A stretch of DNA of 64,000 nt from positions 124,682 to 188,681 of the forward strand of contig CDMY01000117.1 of assembly GCA_001179505.1 (NCBI GenBank), written 5' to 3'. Source of the DNA: Vitrella brassicaformis CCMP3155. Its lineage: Eukaryota; Protista; Chromerida. The notes under the pieces are model-generated. The model was not told where the DNA came from. It was given only the letters and a program-made list of their open reading frames with translations, and made no database searches. This document shows, in pieces, positions 1 to 12,841 of this stretch. A program made the translations under genes and the position numbers. The stretch's first letter is position 1; every line of letters begins with the position of its first letter.

Positions 1-16
1 CTGGGCTGGGGGTGGG

Positions 17-69
17 TTTGTGTGAGCTCTGCGGCATCAATGGGATTTGTGTGAGCTCTGCGGCATCAA
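17..69 (+). repeat. 24-bp direct repeat, two copies
   Basis: tttgtgtgagctctgcggcatcaa at 17-40 and 46-69. Confidence 0.9.
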
Positions 70-498
70 ATCAATAGGTGTGTAAGAGCGCAGCGCGTGT
101 GGGGGTTTGGATTTTGTACGTATGAGTCAGTAACTGCTGGGCCGTTCCTTTCGCGTCTGTGCTTTGTTTTGTGGTGTGGTGTGGACTCGCGTAATGAATC
201 CCATTGAATGCACACACACATGGACATGACATCGATAGGTCGACCACAAATCAGACCACTCATCTCATAAACGATGCATGCATGAGCCCTCCCTCCCATC
301 GCCCTCTCAGTCTAATCAGCTATGCACACAGAAGCTAAGCTAGCAGCACACGGGGGAGTGTGCGCGTGGGTCGCCAGGCCGGTGGCCGCAAGTCGCTCAC
401 TAAACCTGACCAAACATGCCGACCACACCACACCACATCCCACCGACTACCTCACCATTTGTTCCATCGCCCCAACTGTGTGTAGCTGACTGACTGAC

Positions 499-2238
499 CT
501 ACGGGGGCCCCGCATCGATGAGTGCCTGGATGTGGGGCGCGTACTGCGCATTGAGGGACGCCAGCTCCTCTGCCATGCGGTTGAGGTTCGCCTCGCTGGT
601 GCCGAGCAGTCGCGCAATCGTCCGGCTCATTAGCTTCATCATCTCACAGGGGTCACGGTGCGCCGGGTGGCGGTGGGCTTGGATGTTCGAGAGCTCGAGG
701 ACAACGGTTGCTTTCTCTGTGATCTTGTTGCACATCTCCACAGGCATATCAACAACCGCCTGCTGCAATGTGGCGCTGAAGGTGAGAAGTCTCGCGCCCA
801 CGTAGGTGAAGAGGTGATTGCGGACGAGGTCGGTGAAGTCGAGGGCCTTCTCGATCAGCTCACGCTTGACGTTGGGGGCACGCAGACGCCTCTGGACAGG
901 TAGGAGAGAAAGACGGCCATGCGATGCGTGTGTGCTATATGGGTAGGTGTGTGTTGGTGCGTACGCTGGTGCCGCAATGCTGGTGGATGGCCACCGTCTT
1001 GATGTCTTGTGTGTCCACAATGGCCACGATGCGCCTCCTCCACTCCTCAGGCGACAGGTACTGAACCAGGCTGAGGGGATCTGAGTATGTGTCTGGGCCC
1101 CCCAGAAGATACATCCCGGGGCCGAGGACAGCGACAAGGGCCTCCTTCTGGCAGAAACACATACAAAAGCACAGGTGAGCGTGTGTGACTGTTGTCCCCT
1201 CCTCGTGCGTTCATTCATTCTTGCCTTACTTACCATGGCCGACTCGCAGACGCTCCCAACGGTTGGCATGAAGAACCACCCCCCATCGCCCACCACACAG
1301 CTGCTCTTCCACCAAAACAGCGGACCAACCTCACTCAGGTCGCACTCGATGAGTGGGTTGGGCAGCAAGCGGCCGTGCGACTCGCGCACACACACCTCGA
1401 TGGCATGCGTCACAGTGGCCTTGACGCGCTCCATCACAGCCGGCAGCTTGTGGGAGGGAAGGGGTAGAGGGGTGCCCGGCTCAGCGACACGGGCCATGTT
1501 GAAGACTCTGTACACGACGAACTTGCCCGTGGGGTCGAGGGTGGTGGCGCAGGGTGGGGTCAAGGGGGGTTGGGTGCCGTCGCAGGAGGCGCTAGAGAGG
1601 GCCACGACGCAGCAGAGGGTGTCGTTGTAGCGTCTCGTGTTTAGGTGCAGGTGGCGGCTGTGTGGGGGGGTTTGAGTTCTGCTGAGCACCTCCTGGATGA
1701 TCTTGGTCTGCCCGCGGGCTAGCACCCGCTGGAACTCGCCCTCATCCATGTAGCCGAAGAGGTGCATGATGGCCGCCCGGCAGGACCGCAGCGCCGACTG
1801 AGACTCCTCCGACATGAGGTCGCCCATTTCCTTGCAGTGGTACTTATGGCGGGCGTCCCAGTCGCTCGCCCGGCACTCCTCGCTGCAGTAGATGACGACG
1901 TCGCAGTCGCTGCAGGCAAACATGGTGTCCTCCTGGTCCACCTTGCCGCAACAGACGCACACGCACCGGGCGGATGCGGTGGTGGGGCTGGCGGTGCTCG
2001 CGCTGGCGGCGAACTGGCGAGGACAGGTGTGTTTGTGGCCGCTCTTCCAGTCCTGCCGCTGGTGGGCCTGCATTGCACCACACAAGCATAGCACAGCACA
2101 TGCCAGCCAGCGATGCGGTGCAGCGGTGTTCCTCTTCTCTACCTTGCAGCAGTAAAAGCGGGCCTTGCACAAAGAGCACCGCTGCTCCGTGATCTCGCCG
2201 CACACCGCACAGGGGCCCGACAGATCTCCCGATGACAT
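499..2238 (-). CDS. Multi-exon protein with two N-terminal MYND-type zinc fingers and an unassigned C-terminal region
   Basis: CAVCGEITEQRCSLCKARFYCCK|AHQRQDWKSGHKHTC (intron 2068-2132 removed) and CVCCGKVDQEDTMFACSDCDVVIYCSEECRASDWDARHKYHC both fit the MYND pattern. ATG at 2238, TAG at 499-501. Confidence 0.8.
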   Translation of the reverse strand: MSSGDLSGPCAVCGEITEQRCSLCKARFYCCKVEKRNTAAPHRWLACAVLCLCGAMQAHQRQDWKSGHKHTCPRQFAASASTASPTTASARCVCVCCGKVDQEDTMFACSDCDVVIYCSEECRASDWDARHKYHCKEMGDLMSEESQSALRSCRAAIMHLFGYMDEGEFQRVLARGQTKIIQEVLSRTQTPPHSRHLHLNTRRYNDTLCCVVALSSASCDGTQPPLTPPCATTLDPTGKFVVYRVFNMARVAEPGTPLPLPSHKLPAVMERVKATVTHAIEVCVRESHGRLLPNPLIECDLSEVGPLFWWKSSCVVGDGGWFFMPTVGSVCESAMVSKARMNERTRRGQQSHTLTCAFVCVSARRRPLSLSSAPGCIFWGAQTHTQIPSAWFSTCRLRSGGGASWPLWTHKTSRRWPSTSIAAPAYAPTHTYPYSTHASHGRLSLLPVQRRLRAPNVKRELIEKALDFTDLVRNHLFTYVGARLLTFSATLQQAVVDMPVEMCNKITEKATVVLELSNIQAHRHPAHRDPCEMMKLMSRTIARLLGTSEANLNRMAEELASLNAQYAPHIQALIDAGPP

Positions 2239-2613
2239 GGTGACGACGGCTCAAAGCAGGGAGAATGGCGACCAACACGTCCGGCGGCTGCAATGCTGGG
2301 TAGGAAGGGAAGAGCGGTGGGGCGCAGAGCGGTCGGTCGGGTCTGCCGTGGTGCTCTGGACTCACAAAAAGATGCAAAAAGCCGCCTCACGAGAACTGAG
2401 CTCGCAGTCAGATGCTGAGCTTGCAGAGAGCGAAACCGAACTGGCGATGATTGGCGTTCCAGTTGGCGCTTCTACGGCGATGAAGCAAAAATGACGAGGT
2501 AACGGGAGTAGCGGTGATCTGTGTGGAGCGGGCGATGGAGGGAGTGTCGTGTGTCCGCTGTGCTGTTCAGGTGTGTGTAGTTCTTGTCACTCACTCCCGA
2601 GTGGCCATCCGCC

Positions 2614-4850
2614 ATGGCGGACACAGGTGGGCGGCCCGGGTGGGTGGGCTGGTGGCAATGGATGCACAGCAATGACGTTGAAGCGCATCGTGTGTTCTCT
2701 GCCGATTGTCGCTCTTTCAGATAACGTTGGTTTTGACGCGTTGGCCCAGGAGGCCATCGACACTCAGACGGTGAGCCGTGGCGCATCAGAACCGCTGCAT
2801 GTGCCAGCCCTTCTGCATTGTGTTGTGTTGTGTTGTGTTGTGTATGTCTCTGGTTAGGAGAGCATTGGTGAGGCGTTGGGGAAGGTGCGAGGCCTCGTCA
2901 ACCAGTTTGCGGAGTTTCAGGCGCAGGTCACACACACACAAAGATAGCATCACATGGACACACACGAAGAGAGGCAGAGTGCACCTGGATTGTTTTCTCT
3001 CTCTGTGTGTTGTCTCTGCGTGTGCAGGCGCGAGAGTTGTTGGGTTTTCTGACTTCCAAGGTGCGCATCAGATTACACCACACCACTCGGACGCCAGAGA
3101 GCGGGCATGCATGGGCTGCTGCTCTCCTGCTCTCTCTCTCCCTCCGTCCGTGTGTGGGTGTGGGTGCGTACAGGACACGGTCCGCGATAGTCGTTTGCAT
3201 CTGATTAATCGCGCCATCCACAATTTTACCGACGCGTACCGGGCCTATGGCAAGGGCCTCTCGCGCATCGCAGGGGTGGCGGGGGTACGCTCCCATCCAC
3301 ACACACATACACACACTCCCATCCCAGAGAGAGAGGAAGGATCCATCTCTTTCCTCTCTCTCTCTGTGTGTGTTGGTTGTGTGTGGCTGCAGTTGGAGGG
3401 CCATGGCAAGACGTTCAAGCTGGTGAAGCGCGCTGAGCCGCCCAAGAAGAAACCGGGCTCATCGAAGAAGAAGAGAAAATCGGGCAAACAGGTCGGTCAC
3501 GCCGCACCGACACATGAAGCGCACCAACACCGAACACCAATTCTTGTGTGTCGTGTGCCGTGTGCTGCCTGTGTGTGTGTGTGTGTGTGTGTGTGCAGGC
3601 TGCATTGCGACGTTCCCAGCAGCAGCAGCAGGGCCGCCCCGACCTCTTCTCGCTGCTGCCCGACGTGATTCGCGACAACCTGCTGCCCCTGCTGACCCCC
3701 TCGGACACCTGCTCCCTGGGCGCCAGCGCCGCATCGGTGGGAAGCAGCCAGGTGGGTGCCGCCGTCGCATCGGGCATCGACAAGTGCATCCGCACCGAGA
3801 ACCTCGGCGACGTGCTGTCCTACTCCACCATCCGGGAGTCGACCTCCGCCCGCCGGTTCTCGCAGATGGTGCGGCTGCACTACGCGATGGAGAAGGGGGG
3901 CTGCTGGCGGCGGAGCGGGCACATGATCCGCGTCGCCAAGCACCACGGGTGGGTCAGGTCGCTGCCCATCGAGCTCACCCCCGCCAGCCTGGAGCGAGCC
4001 GGCACCAAGACTGAGATCGACCGGCGGTCCCCGATGTCGGCGGTGCAGCTGATGCTCTTCACCGACCGCCTCACGCGCAACGGGGCCAATGTGGAGCTGG
4101 ACCAGAACCCGGTGTATCATGGCCTGGGTAAGCTCACACATGGATGGATGGATGGATGGGTGGGTGGGCTGGGAGAGAGAGGGGATGCATTTGATTGTGT
4201 GTCATTTAAACGTTTGTGTGCAGGTGGCCAGGTGTTTGGTGGCGAGTATCGCATCGGCGGCAGGACGGTGCAGGACCTGACGAGCAGGGTGACGGGCTCC
4301 CTGCTGTCCAACGGCGACGCGGTGCCAGACTCGGGCGAGAAGCTCCTCGAGTGTAAGGGTAAGTGTATGTAAGTCTGTCCACTCCACCACACACGACAAA
4401 CAACACAGTGACTCACTCTCTCTTGCTCTCCTTCCTTCCTGTCTGTCTGTCTGTCTGTCTGTCAGGTTCGGGCTACTACTACCAATCGCTGCACGACCCC
4501 ATTTTCTGCCGGTGAATGGAATGCTCCATCCATCCATCCATCAGGGCCGCCTCACCGCCTCATGGCAACACGCCGTCCTCCGCATTCATCTCTCTCTCTC
4601 TCTCTCTCTTGTGTGTGTGTGTGTTGTGTCTTCTGCAGGGTGCAGAGTGACTGGGGACACAAGGTCGCGTCAACGGGTGAGATCTACCCGCGGGAGACCG
4701 CCCGCTTCAAACGCGTCGAAAAACTCAGCCAGTCGGGGCCGCTGTACAGCAACGCCTGGTCGACCCGCAGCAGCTGGCACTCGGTACACCCACCCACCCA
4801 CACCACACACACAACCATGAGCCATGCACCGCACACAATACATCTGCTTG

Positions 4851-4890
<40 letters not shown>

Positions 4891-5134
4891 TTGTGTGCAG
4901 GTGGTTCGCCATCTGACGCTGTACGGGCACGAGAAGGACGACGAGTTCACTGTGCATCTGCGGATCACGGCCATCAAGGAGGGCCACGTGGAGGTGTCGC
5001 TGTGCACCACAGAGCCCGCCCCGCACACACGGGCCATCGCCAAGGCGTACGAGAAGATGGGCGAGGAGGAGGTGATGCTCATCTTCGGCAAGGAGGGCAT
5101 AGTGGCCGGTGGAGACGACCTCAGACACAACTGA
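2614..5134 (+). CDS. Lineage-specific multi-exon protein with a basic NLS-like patch and an F-box-like motif
   Basis: GT-AG exons join in frame from MADT|DNVGFDALAQ through KKKPGSSKKKRKSGKQ and FSLLPDVIRDNLLPLLTPSDTCSL (F-box-like) to SLCTTEPAPH...DDLRHN* (TGA 5132-5134). Confidence 0.65.
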
Positions 5135-5936
5135 GGTGGGCGGATGCCTAACGTAGTCAACAGGTGGGCGGATGGGGTGGGTGGCTGAAGAAGATAATGG
5201 CTATCACATAAAGGCGATCTGTGTGTGTGTGTCTGTGTGTGGGTGTGTGCGCAGTGGAGTAGACGTTGGAGACGGCGGTTGGCACCCCCTGTTTGCTGGC
5301 TAATTCTTGGGTGTGAATGAGAGTGAGAGTGCGTGTGGCGATAGGTGAAGACGTCCCTGCCCCTGCGTGGGTGGGTCACACTGTGTGTTGCTCTGTCTGT
5401 TTAAGAAGCCAGCCCCCCCTCCCCATCCCCCCCAGTCTGTGTGCTGCTGCTGGATGCATCATCCCATCTGTCCCATCCGTCCAGCCATCGATCCATCCAT
5501 CCATCCATCCATCCATCCATCCGCGGATGGGATATATGCCCTTTCATGTGTCCCCATGTGCATGTGCTGCATGTGCGGACCTTTTATCCATTGGTTCGTC
5601 TGGTTGGTCGCCGATGGAGGCATCCCATCCATGTGTGCGTTGATGCATCCAATGAATGACACGGACTGAATTCAGGTCCATCCTTCCTAAGACGTTTTTG
5701 CCCATCCACATCCGCACGCAGAGCCTTTCTTTGTTCAAGTGCAGTGCAGGCATTCACGCCACACTACGGGCAAGCCAGCCACTTTTGAGTCAAAAAAGCT
5801 CGCAGGCGCGGCGAGTAAACGTGCTTCCCAGTTTGGAAAGACCATCCACTCAGATGGCCTGACCTTGGCCCCGCAGGCTAGCAACGCTCTACCCCTCATA
5901 CTACCCATCATACATACCAACGTTCTGACGTCCGCG

Positions 5937-8171
5937 ATGAATTCAACGTGGCTGGTGTTGTTCCCGGTGGTGGTGCTTCTGCTGACGACAGCGTCCGCTC
6001 ACGTGCACCCCAACGCCTCTGAAGCCTCAAAGCACTCTGCTGCGGCCGCCGACGAGTCGGCCAATGGCACCATTGGGTCAGAGGGGATTTCGGCCAGCAT
6101 CCTCTCATTCGCCAAATCCGCCGCCAGCTTCGTGCCCTTCCCCTTCCCCCTCTCGTCGCTGGTTGCACTGCGCCACATCCCCAACACGCAGGGCGCCCTC
6201 CGCCACGAGCTGCGCCAGATCATCCCACTGAGATTCCGCATTGAATTCGGCAAGGCCGGCCAGGGTGGCCAGCAGGGGAGCAGTCCGGGTGGCGAGGTGG
6301 GTGGCTCATCGCGGCAGGTGCCCGGCGCCCCTTCGCTGCAGCTGCCATCTCCGTCGGCCCAGCCGACGGCTGCGGCGAGCGCCTCTGAGAAGCGGTATGA
6401 GGAGCGAGAGGCGAGTTTGTTTGAGTTTGACTGGCTGGTGGTGACGGGGTGCACTGTGATGACGGCCCTGATCTTCCTGCTGCTGTCGTACGGACACTGC
6501 AGCAGATGGACGCTACCCGAAATGCAAAAGTGTGACATAAGGTGAGTCAGTTTTAAGGAGGAGAGATGTGATGTGATGTGCAACGAACGGGGAGACAGAC
6601 CATTGGACTCACTCCGCTGTTCTTGTGTGTGTGTGTGTGTCAGGGTATTGTTTTACCTGTTGCTATTCTCCGTCATATCCTATGTCAAGTGCCTCACCAA
6701 CCAGAAGCGCCTCTGGCTACTCGCAAGTATGGGCACATGTGCTGGCTGCATACGACACGCTTATTTGGAGTGCTCTCTCTCTCTCTCTCCCTCTCTGTGT
6801 GTGTGTGTGTGTGTGTCAGTTCGCTCCTTCTACGAGGCGTACGTGCTGTATCTGCTGTTCTACGTCATGCCCGTCCTCTTCATGGGCGGCGAGACCAACA
6901 CCATGACCAAACTGCACATACGACACAAACTAAGAGACCCACGGACGTACCCAATCGCACACACACTGTCACACACACACACACACAGATGCGTCTGTCC
7001 GATCGGTACCCTACCTTGGATGCAGCTATGTGCTGACGACCAAGCTGATGTTCATGTTTCTCATGGCGTTCGGTCCGGCGGTCAATCTCATACACTATGC
7101 CGTGCAGCAGCGGCGGGGCGGCGAGGCCCTGTGGGTGGAGGAGGCCCTTCTCATACTCGACATACTCGTCATGATCGCCGTCCTCGTCAACGCACTACAG
7201 GTCACCTGGCGTCTCAGAGAGAGAGGGAGTGGACAGGCGCATGACAATGGTTCGTTTGGTGACTCATTCTGACTGCAGTTTTGGTTCAAGATATCGCGGG
7301 AGTGCCGATCTCTTCGACTCCAAACAAAGAAGTCAGTCACCACTGACAGTGGAGTAGAACCGACCAGCAAGCAGAGAGGGCTGTCATCCATCCATTCGTT
7401 TGTGTGTATGTGGCTGGGCTGGCTCCAGGGCGTTGGTCGTGCCGCTGGTTGTGCTGGGCAGCTTTCAGGACCTCATCTGCGAGGCGGCCTGGGGAGATGC
7501 CGAGAAAGGACTGGTAAGGTCGGCGAGGCTTTCTTTCGACAGATATAGGGAGGGAGAGAAACAGACAGACGGGAGGGTGACTGCATACCATCCACGTCTC
7601 TCACCGCGCTTTTCTGCCTGTGGATCGGGTCAGCGTTTCTCTGGAGCCTTGTTTGTCTTCGAGATAACCGCCATCAGCTTCGTCGCCCTCACAGACTACA
7701 GGCACCCACCCCACCCCACCCAACACACACACAGATGGACGGACACATAGCATTTCTCGTGTGTGGGTTAATTCATGTGTCTCCTGCTGCCTTCTTATGT
7801 CTCTTAGCGCCGATCGTGACATCCTGGTCGACGCCTTGCCGCCACAGGAGCTGTCGATGCTGCAGAGGATCGGGCAGGTCCTTTGCATCTGGGATGTGTT
7901 CCGCCGGCTCGAGATGGACCACCAGCGGTTCGTCGAGATCCGGACGGCACTCCAGCGCACACAGGCACCTTTCAAGGCACTGCTCCTGCCGTCCAGCACG
8001 CAGCACTTCCACTACCAGCAGCAACACACACACAATGCCTATGCGGCGCCGCACACACAGGTACGCAGCACCAAGGTGGCATGGCATGGTGCGGCCTGCA
8101 CTTTGGCGTGTGTGTGTGTGTGTGTGTTCTGTGCTGTTGTCTGTCAGTACGGGTCTGCTGAGGGCGAATAA
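5937..8171 (+). CDS. TMEM184: TMEM184/organic solute transporter-alpha family membrane protein with an N-terminal signal peptide
   Basis: Hydrophobic N-terminus MNSTWLVLFPVVVLLLTTASA. Motifs GHCSRWTLPEMQKVLF, IRSFYEAYVLYLLF..GGE, KALVVPLVVLGSFQ and GALFVFEITAISF match the family pattern (IRxxYEAFVIY, KxVVFxxFWQ, LICIEM). One intron requires a GC donor at 7702. Confidence 0.7.
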
Positions 8172-9856
8172 GACAGACACACTCCGATGTATGTATATCG
8201 CTGTTCGGTGTACATGGCTGGTTTGCTGGTCGATGTATGTGGTTGGACCTGTTATCGTAATGGTCAGCTGACAGTGAAAGCAATGCCCGTCCTCTCCTCT
8301 CGTGTCTGTCGCATGTTTCTACCACCCACACCACACCACACCACACCACGTCACGCGTCAAACCCACGACCGACAACGAAAAAGCGGGTGGTGAAAATTG
8401 CCACACCAAGGAAACTGAACCTGCCGATCGATTTGTGTCGCGACATGCCTCTCATTGCAATCTTTGCTGGCTGTGCTGTTGACGAGTGCAGCAGCGCAGT
8501 GCAGTGCGCACAGATGTGTAGGTAGATCGATCGAATCGATGCTCTCACGCACGCAGGTCGTTGCTGCCTGCCGTGTGGTGTGGCATGCCATGGGGAGGGA
8601 GAGGTACGGTAGGTACGTCTCTCCATCCATCCATCCACCCACCCACCCACCCATGAACACCACACGTACCCCCAGCTGGGCCCCTCTCTGCCTGCCCATT
8701 CCTTCCTTGTCATGTCAGGACAGGAAGCAGCAACGTGCCGTGTGAACAGAGCCACACTCGTATCAACCAACGGGTGCACGCTAGCAAGTAAACTACCTAC
8801 CTGCATCCTATCCACACATTCGCTCCCCACACTCGACTCGCCCCTCTCAGCACCTCGTCTCTCGCCCCTCTCTGTATCGCGTCTCGATGTGCCCCGCCGC
8901 CCCTCGCCGCCCCGCCCCTCCCGTCGCGTGTGTACTCACATACGTGTACGCAAAAATCGGCAGGCAGTCAGTCAGTCAGTCATGACGTCATGTGCATCCA
9001 TCACCTCCTTGCTTCGTCAGGAGACGTCGGGGTGGACGGCCGGGTGGCAGGCGAAGCTCGCCATTCTATAGACACTTCGGCCCACATCAATCAGAGCCCA
9101 AGACTAAAAACATGTACGCAGGCCACCGCACCCCCACATCTCACTCACCCGACGATAGACATGCCATATATACAACACCGACAGACAGACAGACAGACAG
9201 ACAGACATAGATGCGGCCAGAAACCTGGACATGACAAGACAGACGGATGTCAGTCACCCGTGTGGCGCGGCGCGTGCGTGCACCTTCGTGGACAGACCCA
9301 CAGACGCACTACGGCATGGCATGCACCCGAACAAACCGTGCGATGTGTCTATAGCTATATATAATATAAAGTTCTCAATCATACCAATGAGCGAGCGCAT
9401 CCATCCGACCGACCGACCGACCGGTGTCAATGGGCAAAACGGCGAGAAAAGCAAAAACCAAAAGCAAAGACGCACTCATACATACAGTACACGGTGCACA
9501 AACATCACTCTGCCCACCGACCCGAGCCACCGACGCCGATGGATGGATGGCACGCCGCTCCTCTCTCCCCTCGTCGCAACATCAACACCCCTTCCCCTCT
9601 CTCTCACTCGCAAGACCGACCCGACCAACATCAGAGCAAAAGATGCGCAGACGAGCCACACAACCAACGCGGACGTGCAAACACCTCTAGCCGCCGCCCC
9701 ACCTGCCACCCAGTGGCGCATACATCATGTGACACACGCAATGAATCAAAACTCCCGCTGGCTGCCCACGGCTGGCGGATGGGTGCCGCTCTCGCAGCTG
9801 TCAGACGTAGAGGGATGCAAAGGAAGAAGACCCCACCTAGTCAGGATGGTGTCTGT

Positions 9857-12586
9857 CTATTTGGCTGCCTCTGTCTTCGTGGTTTCATTGGTCATGGCGT
9901 AGGAGAAGCCGGCGGTGGTGCTGCTGGCCTTGCAGGTGCCCATCATCGCCTTGACGGTCGGGATCAGGGAGCTGGTAGGTAGGAAGGACACACACAACAC
10001 AACACAACAGGGGCAGGCCGAGCGACAGACATGGCGGCAGATGCAGATGGGGAATGTCTGTGTGCGGTTCGATTACCCGAGGTATTCGGCTGACTTCTTG
10101 ACGGTCCTCGGGCGCTCGGGATCTTTGAAGTCGATATAAGTCAGACCGAACCTGGGAAGGCGCGCACACAGAGGGAGTTGGGTGGCAGCCGTGTGGGTGT
10201 TGTGCTGGTACACGCGCACCGCACCGTTTGTCATATCCGTCGGCCCATTCAAAATTGTCAAGGAGCGACCATGCGAAGTAGCCGATGACGGGGACACCGT
10301 CCATCATGGCCTTGGCCATCTCAGAGAGGTAGTCCTGGTAGCAACGACATTGACCAGTAGGTATGTCCCTCCCTCCCTCCCTCCCTCCCCGTGTGTCTGT
10401 CTGTCTGTCTGTCTGCCTGCCCTGCCTGTGTGTCCGTGCGTCGAGTCGACACGTACCTGGTAGTAACCAATCCTGGACTGGTCATTGATGAGGATGTCGG
10501 TATCTTCGCTCTCCTCGTCAGACGTGCCTGTACTCACAACACAACGGGGGCATGACGACATCCATGTCAATCCCCGTGTGTGTGTGTGTGTACCATTTTC
10601 GGTGACGATGATCTCTGAGGGATTCCACCGGGCCTTGATGTACCTGAGCAGTCGGCTGAAGCCCCAGGGCACCACGTACAGCCACTTGGAGGCGGCCTTG
10701 GGGCCGATCGACACCCCGTTGCGGAAGCTCGTCTCGTGCAGGCCATACTCCTTGGTCGAATCAACGTACCTGCACACACACACAGACACACCGAATGGAT
10801 GGCGAGACACGTGTGCAGGAGGTCTCCGCCCGTCTGTATGGTGTTGGTGTGTTGATGCGTGTGCGTGTGCGTGTGTGTGTGTGTCTGTGGGCGTACAGGG
10901 AAGTGTAGTGGTTGAGTCCGAAAAAGTCGGCGGACCCCTTGACGGCTGCCTTCTCCTCGGTGGTGAAGACGGGCATGTCGTCGCCGTACTGAGCCTTCAA
11001 GCTCTCGGGGTAGTCGCCATTGCCAAAGATCTGACCACACAAGACAAGACACCAGACGTCGCTGCTTGGCTGGCTGGGCCGTGTGTGTAGGTAGCGTGCG
11101 TGTGTAGGTATGTACCGGCTCAGCGAACCATCCGAGCTGCGAGTCCATCTCTGTCTCGACGAGAGCGACGTCACCGGGGTTGCTTGCGTCGAGGGGCGCC
11201 CGCCACTCTGAGTTGAGGGTGATGCCGATCTTGGCGTCGGGACGCTGGTCCGCGTAAAACTCCTTCCAGATCGAATACGCCTGCCAAACAGAACACACGT
11301 GTGATTGCCATCGTCTGTCTGCCTCTTGTGTGTGCGCCGCTCGCCTTGGCGTGAGACTTCAGGACGTTGTGGCCACACATGAGGTGGCCAGTGTCAGAAA
11401 CGACGCCAGGGGCATCTGTGGGGGGGGGGGAGGGGACAGACACACAAGGGGTTGTTGATGTGTCCGTCTCGTCTCGTGTGTGTGGTGCCGCTTACGCGTT
11501 CCCCAGTGGTATCCAAGTTTGCAGAACACCCAGATCTCGTTGAACTGACACGCATCACATCACATCACATCACACCCACACACAAATGGCTCTGGCCTGT
11601 CCACGCCTCGGTGTGTGCGCGTCGCTCCATCCATCCCGCCCCTTTGCTCACTGTGAGCCAATACTTGACGTCCTTGAGCTCCCAGAACATCAGGTCCGCG
11701 TACTTGCCGAACGCATCAACCACCGTCTCGTTGCGCCAGTCGAGAGTGCTGCAAGTGGGCAGGCCAGAACACCCAACAGACAGGTATCAGCAGTGTCCCT
11801 TCTCCCGCCTGACATCGCGCCGCTTACGATGGCAGGTCCCAGTGGTAGAGGGTCACGACTGGTTCGATGCCCGCGTCGACCAGAGCCTTCGTCAGGTCCC
11901 GATAAAACTTGATGCCTACAAACAGCACAGATGAGCGGACCGGCTGTGTGTGTGCGGTGTGCGGTGTGGCCAGCAGACCTTCTTCGTTCTTTTCGCTGCC
12001 GTTCATGACGCGTGGCCATGCGATGGAGTAGCGGAAGTGGGTGAAGTTGAGGCTCTTCATCAGCTTGATGTCGTCCGCGTACTTGTGATAAAAGTCGCAC
12101 GCAACATCGCCCTGAGAGAGGGAACACAGCATCAGGCACACAGACCACCAGTGGGTGCAGGTGCAGAGACCCCATTTATTGTGTCGAGATTAGAAGAGCC
12201 TCCTTGTGTGTGCGTTGCGTACATTGTCGTTGTTTTTGATCTTGCCGCGCCCCTCGGCTTCGCTCGTGTGTGTGAAGGTGTCCCAGTGGCTTGGCACGCG
12301 CCCGCCCTCATTCCAACCACCCTCAACCTGCGACCAACAAACAGAGATACAGATACTGCCTGCGGGTGTCTGCGGGTGTCTGCGTGTGTGTTGGGACCTG
12401 GTAGGCAGCCGTGGCTGTGCCCCACATGAAGTCCTTAGTGAGGACGCCGTCCTTCTTGAGTTTGCCGATGGCCGATGCCAGCTCCTGCGCCACGCTCTCC
12501 TCGAGGTCAAGCCCGGCGTTGCACGCCACGTCGCTGCCCTGACCCAGGGCGCCTGCCACGATGGACGTCACCAGCAGCAACAGCAT
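9857..12586 (-). CDS. Secreted glycoside hydrolase family 1 (beta-glucosidase)
   Basis: Signal peptide [15 protein letters not shown]. Motifs [50 protein letters not shown], acid/base (T-V-N-E), nucleophile IVTENG, and [22 protein letters not shown]. Confidence 0.95.
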
Positions 12587-12841
12587 CCTGACGGAGCAGC
12601 GGCCCAAGACACCCATTTAAGCGACAGGGACAGGCTGTGTTGTGTGGCAGTTAAAAACGGCAAACTTAACGGCGGCCGGGGCCGCGGCCAGGATAGTTTT
12701 CGTCGGCGATACCCCATGCCATGGACAAGGCTTGGAGGAATAGAAGCACGTGCACGTCATGAAGGAAAGCGCTCGCAATCCTAAACTACGTTCCACGTTG
12801 CGAGCTCAGAAGCGATCGGCAGGAGAAGAAAGCGGCGGAGG

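Noticed and set aside
17-69. 24-bp direct repeat as a possible CRISPR or regulatory array
   Set aside because: Only two copies with a 5-bp spacer, in a eukaryotic context with no cas genes.
8200-9850. 1.6-kb region between the convergent TMEM184 and GH1 genes as a hidden gene or ncRNA
   Set aside because: Only microsatellites and low-complexity tracts. I saw no tRNA, rRNA or snRNA hallmarks.
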